Source: Octopus sinensis (Eukaryota). From it: DNA of 64,000 nt. The translations under genes and the position numbers were made by a program. The stretch spans positions 15,128,001 through 15,192,000 of the forward strand of contig NC_043015.1 in assembly GCF_006345805.1 (NCBI RefSeq). The letters run 5' to 3'. Under the pieces are notes generated by a model, which did no database searches, had not been told where the DNA came from, and was given only the letters and a program-made list of their open reading frames with translations. Each line of letters begins with the position of its first letter. Position 1 is the stretch's first letter. Below are positions 25,301-36,032 of this stretch, in pieces.

Positions 25301-26040
25301 AAAATGTTATACTTATCTACAAGGGTAGATAAACTCAACAAAGAGTCAACAGCAAGCTATCAAACCAGGGGCCCCATTAGGGCTTTTGAGTCTAGTACTA
25401 CTGACTCTCTTTGGACACACTGGTGTGAGAAGTCCCTTGATAAGTGTGAGGGCTATGCATGGTAGCTTGAATCAGTTGTGGGTTTTCCTTTTGTGGCATT
25501 GTTGAAAATGACAAATACATGAAATTCCTAATTAAATACTGTTGATTGATTTTAGACTCATTATTCACAATTGCTGTCTCTTTGTAGGGTGTATGTGGTC
25601 TGTTTGTGCCATTCATGATCGGGCCTGGGGGGAAAGAAACGTCATTGGCAAAATTCGGATCATGACATATCAAGGCTGCAAGCGGAAGTTCGATGTCGAT
25701 TCCTACATTACCAAATATTGTTCCAAGAATTCTAAAAAAATATAAAGCCCAGCTCCCTTTCACTTCCATTTTTGTTCAGAACGTTTTTCAGGAATAAATT
25801 TTTCTTAGTTGCTGCTTTTTGGTTTTATGTTTGTCAGTCAGCTTTTAAAAGAGTCCTTTTGAAATGCATAATGGCTAGTCCTGTATATTCATTTGAAGTT
25901 GATTGTTATTAAAACTTCTTTTCATGCAAGATAAATTACATCCTTTCTTTTGGTCTTTTTTTTTCTGTAATATTCTATTACAATAGCTTAAAGCTGTAAA
26001 TAATTTTAGTATCATCATCATCATCATCATCATCATCATC

Positions 26041-26087
<47 letters not shown>

Positions 26088-29000
26088 TTAGCATCCGTTT
26101 TCCATGCTAGCATGGGTTGGACGGTTCAACTGGGGTCTGTGAAGCCAGAAGGCTGCATCAGGCCCAGTCTGATCTGGCAGTGTTTCTACGGCTGGATGCC
26201 CTTCCTAACGCCAACCACTCCATGAGTGTAGTGGGTGCTTTTTACGTGCCACCCGCACAGGAGCCAGATGGAGCTGGCAAACGGCCACGAACGGATGGTG
26301 CTTTTACGTGTCACCAGCACGGGGGCCAGGCGAGGCTGGCAACGGCCACGAACGGATGGTGCTTTTTACGTGTCACCGGCACGGAGGTCAGTCAGGGCGG
26401 TGCTGGCAACGGCCATGATCGGATGGTTCGCTTACTTGTTTCCGGCACTGGCATCACAGCCGCAATTTCCATTGATGTTGATCGACTTCGATTTTGGTTC
26501 TGCTTTCTGATATCTGATTTGATTTGATTTTTTTTTTTTGATTTTCACTTGCCTCAACGGTTCTTCACAAGTGGAGTTTTGTGTCCCAAGAAGGAAAGGT
26601 ATGTATAAGTCGACTGGCTACATACCAGGTAGAGGCCACGAGTTATGGTCTCACTAGTCTTGCCGGGTCTTCTCACGCACAGCATACTTCCATAGGTCTC
26701 GGTCTCTAGTCATTTCCTTGGTGAGACCTAAGGTGCAAAGGTCATGCTTCACCACCTCGTCCCAGGTTTTCCTGGGTCTACCTCTTCCACGGGTTCCCTC
26801 AACTGCTAGGGTGTGGCACTTTTGCACACAACTATCTTCAGCCATTCTTGTCACATGACCATACCAGCGCAAACGTCTCTCTTGCACACCACAACTGATG
26901 CTTCTTAGGTCCAACTTTTCTCTCAAGGTACTTACACTCTGTCGATTATGAACACTGACATTACACATCCATCGGAGCATACTGGCTTCATTTCTTGCGA
27001 GCTTACACATATCCTCAGCAGTCACGGCCCATGTTTCACTACCATGTAGCATGGCTGTACGTACACATGCATCATACAGTCTGCCTTTTACTCTGAGTGA
27101 GTGGCCTTTTGTCACCAGCAGGGGTAAGAGCTCTCTAAACTTTGCCCAGGCTATACTTACTCTAGCAGTTACACTTTCAGCACACCCACCCCCGCTACTG
27201 ACTTGGTCACCTAGGTAGCAGAAGCTATCAACTACTTCTAGTGTGTCTCCCTGGAACGTGGTAGAAGTTGGTCTCTGCACATTTCCAGTGTTTATTGCTC
27301 CTGAGTATCTGCCACAGACAAAAACTATTTTCCTAGTTAGCCTTCCTTTGACATTGCTGCAACTCTTATGTGTCCATAGCTTACACTTGGTGCACCTTAT
27401 AGAGTTTCTACCTACACCTTTTTTACATATTGAGCAGGGCCATCTACCTGAAGTCGTTTGTGATTGGTCTACCTTCCTACTTATTAGGACTTTGGTTTTG
27501 GCTAGGTTGATTCTAAGGCCCCTCGATTCTAATCCTTGCTTCCACACCTGAAACTTCTCCTCCAGTTCTGATAGTGACTCAGCAATTAGAGCAAGGTCAT
27601 CAGCATAGAGGAGCTCCCAGGGGCATCCTGTCTTGAATTCCTCTGTTATTGCCTGGAGGACTATGATAAATAGGAGGGGACTGAGGACTGAACCTTGGTG
27701 GACCCCAACCTCTACCCAGAATTCTTCACTGTACTCGTTGCCAACCCTCACCTTACTAGCAGCGTCTCTGTACATGGCTCGCACAGCTCTCACTAACCAT
27801 TCATCTATCCCTAGTTTCCTCATTGACCACCAGATAAGGGATCGGGGAACCCTGTCGAAGGCTTTTATCTTTGGCTAGGTATTTCTCCTGCAGCTGTTTT
27901 ACCAGGAATATAGCATCAGTAGTACTTTTCCCTGGCACGAACCCAAACTGCATCTGATCTAAGCTAACTCTCTCTCTCTAATTAGTTGGGCTATAACCCT
28001 CTCCGTAACCTTCATTACCTGATCCAGCAGCTTGATACTCCTGTAGTTATTTGTATCTAGAGCGTCACCTTTACCTTTGTAGCAGTTGACTATTATGCTG
28101 CTACACCAGTCATTGGGTATGACTCCTTCGTGTATCACCTGGTTAACTATACGGGTGACTAGGCTATAGCTGACACTACCAGATATTTTGAGCATCTCTG
28201 CAGTAATTCCTGATGAGCCTGGGGCTTTCCCTGTTTTCATGCTTGTAATTGCCTTAACTACTAAGGAACTGTCAACTCGGATTGCTGTTCCCTCTGTTGG
28301 GTCGACATTCGGCAGACTCTCTTTATCCCATTCATTTTCCTCATTCAGCAACCTTTCATAGTGGCGTCTCCAAACCTCTCTCTTTGCATCCTCATTTAGC
28401 GCAAGTGAACCGTCATCCTTGCAAACACATTTCTCTCCTACCACGTCACGATTCTCTCTCATACAATGTCTTGCAACATGAAATACTTCAAGTCTTTCAT
28501 CTTCACAGCGCAGAACATTGGCAAATTTTTTCTTATCTGCTTCCCCTCTGGCTAAATACACCTGCCTCCTAGCTTCCCTTCTGGCAGTCTGATACACTTC
28601 CCTGCTACCACCGTTCTTCCAGTCCTTCCAAGCCTCAATATTATTCCACCACCACGTTATTTTGGGTCTTGAGGGGACTTTGCACCAGCCACAGATCTGG
28701 TCAGTGGCTTTCAGCAGGTTGTCCCTCAGAAGCGTCCAGTTGTCTTCTACCCTATGTGTAGCTATACCCCCTTCTATTTTGTCAAAGGCTTCAAGTAACA
28801 TGTCTCTAAATCTCTGTCCATTCGCAGGGTCTTTAAGCTTCCAGACCCTTCTTCTCCATGTTGGTCGTCTTCTAGTCGTCCTCTTAGTCTTGATCCTAAA
28901 GTCACTAACTACCAGTCTATGTTGTGGGGTGCATTCTTCGCCTGGGAAGGTTTTGGCATTTATAAGCAGCCATCTTTCCCTTTTTCTGGCAAGGATGTAG

Positions 29001-30321
29001 TCGATTTGGCTAGTATGCCGGCCCGATCGGTAGGTGACCAGGTGGCTTGTCGGTTTCCTGAAGTTAGTGTTGCAAACCATAAAACTATTCGCATCGCAGA
29101 ACTCCGGCAGCCTGCTTCCCTCCTCGTTGCGGGAACCATAACCGTAGCCTCCATGTACGCCATGGAAGCCCCCAGCATGTCGTCCAACATGCCCATTGAA
29201 GTCACCAGCTACAAAGAGAAGGTCCCTGTCGTTCGTCAATGAGGTGGTCTGCAGTAGGGTGTCATAGAAACTGTCTTTCTGTCCATCGGGTAGCCCTGGC
29301 TGAGGGGCATAGGCTGATATAATGGTTGCTAATCTATGATGAAGCACTATTCTAATCTTAAGTATTCTGTCACTTACTCTGATTACCTCAAGTACCTTAT
29401 CTACTTACTCTGATTACCTCAAGTACCTTGAAGAAAAGTGTTTTAGATATTCAGGAAAACTGCGATTTTAAGCTGAGTGAGATTGGAAGGTGTGAGGTTT
29501 TTTTTTTTTTTAATTCTCTAAGTGATTGCTAATAAGTTAAGTGAAATAACTTTAACAATCAAAACATTGTTTTGCTAGAAGATTTATAACAACATTGATG
29601 AAAGAAATGATACAAACCAGCTACATTCATTTTGTGTCAGTATCAACACCATGGACTTGGTATGCAAAACGGTAGTTCTTCATTTTATGTTTTTGCATCT
29701 TAAAATCTTAAAAACATAGATGAAAACATCATCATCATCATCACCATCCTCCCCCTCCTCCATCCATTTTCCATACAGGCATGGGTTGGACTGTTTAACA
29801 GGAGCTGGTAAGGCCAGGAGTTGCACCAGGCTCCATTGTCTGTTCTGGAATGATTTCTATGGCTGGATGCCCTTCCGAATGCCAACCACTCCACAAAGTG
29901 TACTGGGTGCCTTTTATGTGGCACCAGCACCAAGACATAAATAATATCTTGTGATAGCTGCTCTCAATACCTTATATTTGTTTTTTTTTTAATTCTTGAA
30001 GTTGTATGACTGCTGCCAGATCTTCAAACTGCTCTGTAACAATTTAAACTATATATGTATATAATGTTAGAGGAGAGAATTGCAATACGGATTCTTCAAG
30101 CCAAGCCAAGTGGTAGGAGACCTGAGGGTAAACCAAGGACAAGATAGATAATATCCATAGGCATAGTAGTGGCTGTGTGGTAAGTAGCTTGCTTACAAAC
30201 CACATGGTTCCGGGTTCAGTCCCACTGCATGGCACCTTGGGCAAGTGTCTTCTACTATAGCCTCGGACCGACTAAAGCCTTGTGAGTGGATTTGGTAGAC
30301 AGAAACTGAAAGAAGCCTGTC

Positions 30322-30364
<43 letters not shown>

Positions 30365-33300
30365 GCACCATCCGTTCGTGGCCGTTTGCCAGCTCCGTCT
30401 GGCACCTGTGCGGGTGGCACGTAAAAAGCACCCACTACACTCACGGAGTGGTTGGCGTTAGGAAGGGCATCCAGCCGTAGAAACACTGCCAGATCTGACT
30501 GGGCCTGATGCGGCCTTCCGGCTTCACAGACCCCAGTTGAACCATCCAAGCCATGCTAGCATGGAAAACGGATGCTAAATGATGATGATGATGATGATGA
30601 TGATGATATATGTATGTGTGTGTATATGTTTGTGTCTGTTTGTCCCCCCAACATGGCTTGACAACTGATGGTGGTGTGTTTATGTCCCTATAACTTAGTG
30701 GTTCAGCAAAAGAGACCAATAGAATAAGTACTAGGCTTACAAAGAATAAGTCCTGGGGTTGATTTGCTCGACTAAAGGCAGTGCTCCAGCATGGCCACAG
30801 TGAAATGACTGAAACAAGTAAAAGAGTAAAAGAGTCTGAGTTGGTCAGCCAGAAAGTTTAATAACAGTTGCTTCTGATAGGACCCTATGGAGGAGGTGTC
30901 TGAGGACTCTATCCCCACAATCATCTTGGGACTTGTGGATGGAGTAGATGAATGGATGAATGTGTGTGTGTGTGGATGGATAACTTGACAGATTTAGAAT
31001 ACAAGTATGACTGTGGTTAGGAATTTCACTGTGCAGCTTCGTGGTTCTAGATTTGTTTCTATTATTCTTTGAGCAAATGTCTTCCAGCTTAACCTCTGAA
31101 TGACTAATACTTTAGAAGTGAAATTTAGTTGATTTGGTAGGGGGAGGTAGTAGAACTTGTCTTTTCTATATGTGCATACTTACATAGACAGGCAGGCAGG
31201 TTTAATAACATCATAATTAACAGCTAAAAGGGCAAAGAGAGAGGAAACAGCAGAGATATTAAACTATTGGTTTAGTTTATGAGAGTTTGTGAAAGAGTTA
31301 TAGTGTAACGAACTGGGATGAGAATAACAGTTGCAATGCAGTTTGGTTTTGTTCCATGAAGATACATTGCCAATGAGATCTTCCTTTTTGAAAAGGCTGC
31401 CGGGTAAGTATCTAGCTAGGGGCAAGCATCTAGGTTTGTTGATCTAGAAAAGACTGTCAACAGGGTTCCATCCTCTGTGATCTGGTACTCAGTGAAGAAG
31501 CTTGGGGTAGATGAATAGTTTATGAGAGCTGTATAGGCCATGTGAGAGTAATGTGAGAGTGTGTAATGGGTATAACAATGAATTCTGTGTAAAGTAGGGA
31601 TACATGAAGGCTTAGTCTTCAGCCTGCTCCTGTTCATTTTTATTCTTTTAGCCATAACAAAGGAGTTTAAGGTTGGCTGCCCATGGAAACTTCTTTGTGT
31701 AGATAACCTTTGTCTTATAGTCAGATCAGTTATAGAATTAGAAAAGAAATTCCAGGTGTAGAAACAAAAGCTAAATTATTAGTAACTAGGAGAGAAAATA
31801 GGACCCCTGTACCATCAGAGAAATGACCATCTGTTTTAAGCAGAAAAGGATAGATAAGAATTCCATAAGGTATATGCTGTGTGAATTATGGACACATGAG
31901 GTGTAGTGAGAATAATAAAAGCATGAAGACAGGGAAGGAAGACTTTTTATGCACAGAAGCTATAAGTACTTAGGCACATGTGAAATAAACACTTTCCTTT
32001 GACTCTGTCAAAGTATTGATAGGTTCTGTTATCTTGGGGACCTAATTAACTGTTGGGGTGGGCTTTCAGAAAGCATGGTAGCCAGAGTAAGAGCTGGTTG
32101 AAAATAGTTCTGAGAACTATTATCTCTGCTTGTAAGAAAGGATGAAAGGCAGATTGTATATGAAGTGCATTTCTGCATGGTAGTGAGGCATGGGCTCTGA
32201 ATGAAAATTTGATAAGACTAGAAAGAGATGAAGCAAACATGGCCCATAAGATGTTTAACATTAGTGTACATTAATAATGGAGTCCAAATAAGCTGATAGA
32301 AAAAACTGGGCATGAGAGGAATCATGTAGCATACAAGAGAGAAGACTGGTTGGTTTGGGTGTGTGCTTTGTATGGGGGAGGACAGCTCTATGAAGAAGTG
32401 ATGCATGTTCAAAGTATTTCATTTGAACATGCAAAGTATGCTGCAGAAGAAGAAGACTTGGCACAAATATGTATATCATTCTGCTGTGAAATCAGGGTTT
32501 AGGATCAAATTAATCAGTTGCATTGTTATCTAACAATTCATCAGAGATTGCCATACAGTAGGGATTCTCAGAGGTCCATGTACCCCTAAAGGTACTTATA
32601 AATTTTAGGGGTATGTGAGGTTTGTAAAATCACTGGAATTTTGAAGTAATTACAACCAACAAGATGCAACTTGTGTGTCTAGAAAATATGTGGAGAGCCT
32701 TTTGCTGTTTCCATCCGAATGAGAGTTTACAGCTTCTCTGAAACTGCATCATTAAATCAAATGAAATTAATTTCTTACATAAGTACAAGGCCAGAAATTC
32801 TAGAGGAGCAAACAATTGATTATATTGCCTCTGGTACTTTGACTGGTCCTTATTGACCTTGGAAGGCAAAGTTGACTATGGTGGGATTTGAACTTTTCAA
32901 ATTAAATTAATAAATTATACCTGTCTTATCTGTTGTATGGTATCCAATCATTTTCTCTATATACTTTATACAGGGTCTGCCAGTTGTACTGGACATGACA
33001 AAGGGGTACGTAAGCAGGAAATGTTTGATATTCCTGCATTAGTGCCACCTAACTGGAAGCTGTTGCTATCCACCATGACAAGAAGGGATCCTAAGGTCCT
33101 CAAATTCATGTTTCATGATTGCATTCCTGCTTCAGTGGAACTGTTAGCAGACAACCCAGTTTAGTATGTATGTACTTGCAACTATATTTAAGTACTTCTA
33201 CAAACATAAAAATGAGCTTGGTACATAATCTGCCATGCTTTTAGAAAACTTCAGTATCAACTATGAGGACAAAACAACAGGCATTGTGTCCATCACTCCT

Positions 33301-35251
33301 AAAAGTAACCGATTGCTTTGAGTTAGAGTAAAGCAATAAGAGGAGAATTTTCTTGCTGTTATTCTGATCGATTTAGGGTTAGGGTAGCTGCTACAAGTCT
33401 CGTACATGTGAGTAGGACTGGTAAAACTGAATGTTCCAATGCACATATTTGGTCCTACAAAAGAGCAAACGCTTAGTTTGTGTAACTTAAATGAAGAGGC
33501 AAACATTTGGGTGACAGCAACTCTATGCAAAGTAATCATTCCAAGCAAAGTCATCAATGCCAAAAGAAAAAAAAAACAGCCAATAAAATTTGATTTGGTG
33601 ACAGATGCAGCAGAGCTTTCAGAAAGGAGTATAATTTCTTCTGTCAATTTAAGATGAGTAAGAATAATAGTGTAGAGAATTAATGAAAAGCACAGTTACT
33701 GATTTTAGAGGGGGAGGGGAAGCACTGACATAAGTGTCAGCATGGTTGTGTGGCAAGAACTTTGCTTCCCAACCACATGGTTCTGGGTTCAGCCCCACTA
33801 TGTGGCACCTTGGGCAAGTGACTTTTTATTATAACCTCAGGCTGACCAAAGGTTTGTGAGTGGAAGTGGTAGATGGAAACTGAAAGAAATCTGTCATTGT
33901 AAATATACATATGTGTGTGTGTGTCTTTGTGTATGTGTTTGTCCCCCTACCAGCACTTGACAACCAGTGTTGGAGTGTTTCTCCCTGTAACTTAGCAGTT
34001 CGGCAAAGGAGATTGATAGAATAAGTACCAGACTTTGCAAAAAATAAGTACTAGGGTCAATAAGTTCAACTAAAATTCTTCAAGGTGATGCCCCAGCATG
34101 GCTGTAGTCTAATGATTGAAGAAAGACCAAAACAATGGTGGAGTATGATAAACTGTCTGGGTGAACAACCACCTATGGCTATTATCAAATGCAGTGCATC
34201 TGCCTGCTCAACAACAGTAGAAGACAAAGTCAACATTTTCTACAAGAGTTTTGCTGCGAGCATTCTTAGTGAGGCAGCTACAAGAGTTTTTAGGTAAGAG
34301 CAAACCCACTACATGTTTTATTTGTTGACTGGAGAAGAACTTTTGACAGAAAATTCTTCTCTAGCTTGGTGGTCACTAAGAAAACTATGTGTAGATGGAT
34401 AGCATGTGGGAGTCATGTACAGTGGGGCTCTCAGTAAAATGAAAATTAGCAATGTATTTGGTGATAAATTTTGCAGGTAGATATGTATCCATAAGGGTTC
34501 TGTTCTCAGCCTCCTGTTATGGCTTGGAAATGATAGCTACCACAGGTGACTTTCTCCTATATTCTGAGCAGAATTACTTGGACCTTTGCTTAAGGACTTT
34601 TAAAGCCCCTTGTTATTTCTTCCAAGTCCTGGTGGGCCTATTAAAAAATTTTTTTTTTTTATTACTTTTTATTATTTTTTGTGATAGGAGGTGGAATTTG
34701 AACTCAAAACATACAGAACTATAGTAGAGGCTATAGTAGAAGACACTTAAGGTGCCACACAGTGGGATTGAACTCGGAACCATGTGGTTGGTAAGCAAGC
34801 TACTTACCACACAGCCACTCCTGCGCCTACATTCTCTACATTCTTAGTTCAAATTTCACCTGGGTCAACTTTGTCTTCCATCCTTTTGGGGTCAATAAAA
34901 TAAGGAATCAGTTGAGCATCTAGGATTGATATAATCGACTTACCCACTCCCCTGGAGTTGCTGGCCTTGTGCTAAAGTGTGAAATCAATATTTGTTTAGT
35001 AACAATAAAAGTTGCTAAAAAATTGACATGTTTGGTTTTGTTTGTTGTTCAACATTTTACATTTCAACACTGATCTTTACTTTGGCAACATCTTTTCTCT
35101 ATTTCTAGGTTGTATGTGGTCAGTTTGTGGAATCCATGACATGGGTTGGGCTGAACGACAGATTTTCGGCAAAATTCGTTACATGAACTTCAATGGATGT
35201 AAACGTAAATTTGATGTCAACCGATTTATAATGCGTTATAAGAGCAAGTAA
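8775..35251 (+). CDS. phr: Class II CPD photolyase (deoxyribodipyrimidine photo-lyase), spliced gene with two alternative last exons
   Basis: From ATG 8775, the exons sum to 1512 nt (503 aa) with exon 10A or 1497 nt (498 aa) with exon 10B; with putative exon 1, 539 or 534 aa. Class II motifs present: [81 protein letters not shown]. All introns are GT-AG. Confidence 0.95.
10502..11284 (-). mobile_element. Cluster of family A SINE modules (two tail modules, two head modules)
   Basis: Reverse complements of the tail (...GACTGAAACAAGTAAAAGA) at ~10502-10920 and of the head (GTGTGGTAAGTAGCTTGC...CCTTGGGCAAGT...GAAAGAAGCC) at 10946-11108 and 11123-11284. Confidence 0.8.
12848..12993 (+). CDS. phr: Photolyase exon 3 (DNWAMLFAQ...GLKEVEK)
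   Basis: Acceptor TTTTAG at 12847, donor AAG|GTTTGT at 12994; phase consistent with neighbouring exons. Confidence 0.95.
13375..14330 (-). mobile_element. piggyBac transposon 5' fragment with truncated transposase (PGBD4-like N-terminus) in photolyase intron 3
   Basis: 233-aa ORF 13375-14076: acidic N-terminus, then F.SFFP..I..ETN.Y, W.PTT.DEI.AF...[25 protein letters not shown]. Element end AGTAATGAAAGAG|TTAA at 14330/14331-34. The DDD core is absent. Confidence 0.85.
14604..14786 (+). CDS. phr: Photolyase exon 4 ([12 protein letters not shown]...VGLCQ)
   Basis: Acceptor CCTTAG at 14603, donor CAG|GTTAGA; contains VVTDFSPLR. Confidence 0.95.
14899..15057 (+). CDS. phr: Photolyase exon 5 ([10 protein letters not shown]...KTEAK)
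   Basis: Follows the 112-nt intron 14787-14898; donor AAG|GTAATC; contains [10 protein letters not shown]. Confidence 0.95.
15494..15745 (+). mobile_element. CR1/L2-type LINE 3' fragment with (ATT)n tail
   Basis: [35 protein letters not shown]...* (15494-15664), followed by a 3' UTR and ATT repeats. Confidence 0.75.
18939..19137 (+). CDS. phr: Photolyase exon 6 (PTDWNTII...[19 protein letters not shown])
   Basis: Hand translation is open (absent from the ORF track because it has no start codon); acceptor CTTTAG at 18938, donor TTG|GTAAGA at 19138. Confidence 0.95.
21764..21916 (+). CDS. phr: Photolyase exon 7 (GHISPQRC...[17 protein letters not shown])
   Basis: Acceptor TAG at 21763, donor ATG|GTAGGA; contains [14 protein letters not shown]. 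Confidence 0.95.
22005..22126 (+). CDS. phr: Photolyase exon 8 (GAYEWAR...[10 protein letters not shown])
   Basis: Follows the 88-nt intron 21917-22004; donor CAA|GTAAGA. Confidence 0.95.
23842..24001 (+). CDS. phr: Photolyase exon 9 ([24 protein letters not shown]...[10 protein letters not shown])
   Basis: Acceptor TTTCAG at 23841, donor TTG|GTATGT at 24002 (phase 1); FAD-binding region. Confidence 0.96.
25588..25745 (+). CDS. phr: Photolyase terminal exon 10A ([52 protein letters not shown])
   Basis: Acceptor TTTGTAG at 25587, phase 1, open to TAA 25743-45; AATAAA 48 nt downstream. Confidence 0.85.
25793..25798 (+). terminator. Candidate polyadenylation signal for exon 10A
   Basis: AATAAA followed by U/GU-rich sequence (TTTTCTTAGTTGCTGCTTTTTGGTTTTATGTTTG). 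Confidence 0.55.
26011..29347 (-). mobile_element. 5'-truncated, recently disabled RTE-clade LINE between exons 10A and 10B
   Basis: APE endonuclease ([21 protein letters not shown]) in 27959-29347 and RT ([17 protein letters not shown]) in 26654-27823. The frame is broken by a 2-nt slip in an AG run (~27970) and a deletion removing the usual LYLAFVDMEK before KAFDRVPR (~27865). The 3' UTR has ~62-bp tandem units and a (TGA)n tail at 26011-26086. Confidence 0.92.
30160..30834 (+). mobile_element. Composite SINE: family A head + (TA)n + RTE 3'-end module + (GAT)n + family A tail
   Basis: Head 30160-30323; (TA)n 30324-30359; RTE module 30361-30579; (TGA)n 30580-30606; tail ~30625-30834. Confidence 0.8.
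31240..32410 (+). mobile_element. Old RTE LINE RT remnant
   Basis: Broken MQFGFVP, FVDLEK..NRVP..VIW..KKLGVDE, GGLSES..ARVRAG, LHGSEAW motifs. Confidence 0.65.
34260..34560 (+). mobile_element. Old RTE LINE RT remnant
   Basis: Broken [29 protein letters not shown] motifs. Confidence 0.55.
35109..35251 (+). CDS. phr: Photolyase terminal exon 10B ([47 protein letters not shown])
   Basis: Acceptor CTTTTCTCTATTTCTAG at 35108, phase 1, open to TAA 35249-51; matches the animal class II C-terminal consensus as I know it. Confidence 0.9.
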
Positions 35252-35414
35252 TGATCAAGTACTGACATTACTGTAGTTTAGTGTCAGTTGACATCATTCA
35301 TTTTAGACAACCATAGTCATTCTTACATTTGAATCTCATGTTTGCTCTTTATTTCACATTTAAAATTTTATCTTGCATGTATTTTTTTTTCTTTTCTTTT
35401 CTTTTTAAGTTTAA

Positions 35415-35637
35415 CCCTTTTGCTACCAACCTACCTGAAACTACCCTTGGTTCTCTCACACAAACTGTGTCAAAGTAACCTAAATGCAAATCTTCCATCA
35501 AAATTTCATGTTAATTTGTTAATCGTAATTCATGTTAATCATAATAATGACAAAGTTATTTTTCTACATTCTTCATTATTTTCAAAATTAATAGAAACAA
35601 GGAAGTTTATTTCAGCAGAAATATGGTAATGAAAGAG
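35415..35637. mobile_element. piggyBac-type MITE downstream of the exon 10B stop
   Basis: TTAA at 35411-14 and 35638-41; termini CCCTTTTGCTACC ... GGTAATGAAAGAG. Confidence 0.8.
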
Positions 35638-35754
35638 TTAAGAGCTCTCTTCATGCTTCACATTTTATTTGTTGTAAAACATTTAAAACAATGAACCTTT
35701 CAAACTCAGGGATTTATCAGAATAACTTAACATTTGGTTTTATATGTGGATTAC

Positions 35755-35980
35755 ACTCTTTTACTTGTTTCAGTCATTTGACTGTGGCCATGCTGGAGCA
35801 CTGCCTTTAGTTGAGCAAATCGACCCCAGGACTTATTCTTTGTAAGTCTAGTACTTATTCAATTGGTCTCTTTTGCTGAACCGCTAAGTTACGGGGATGT
35901 AAACACACCAGCATCAGTTGTCAAGCGATGTGGGGGGGGGGGGCAAACACAGACACACAAGCGTATACACACACCTACAT

Positions 35981-36032
<52 letters not shown>

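Noticed and set aside
32937-33657. ORFs 32937-33164 (+), 33439-33657 (+) and 33261-33647 (-) between exons 10A and 10B as a nested gene or pseudogene
   Set aside because: No recognisable domain, splice structure or consistent frame; stop density upstream is as expected for random AT-rich DNA.
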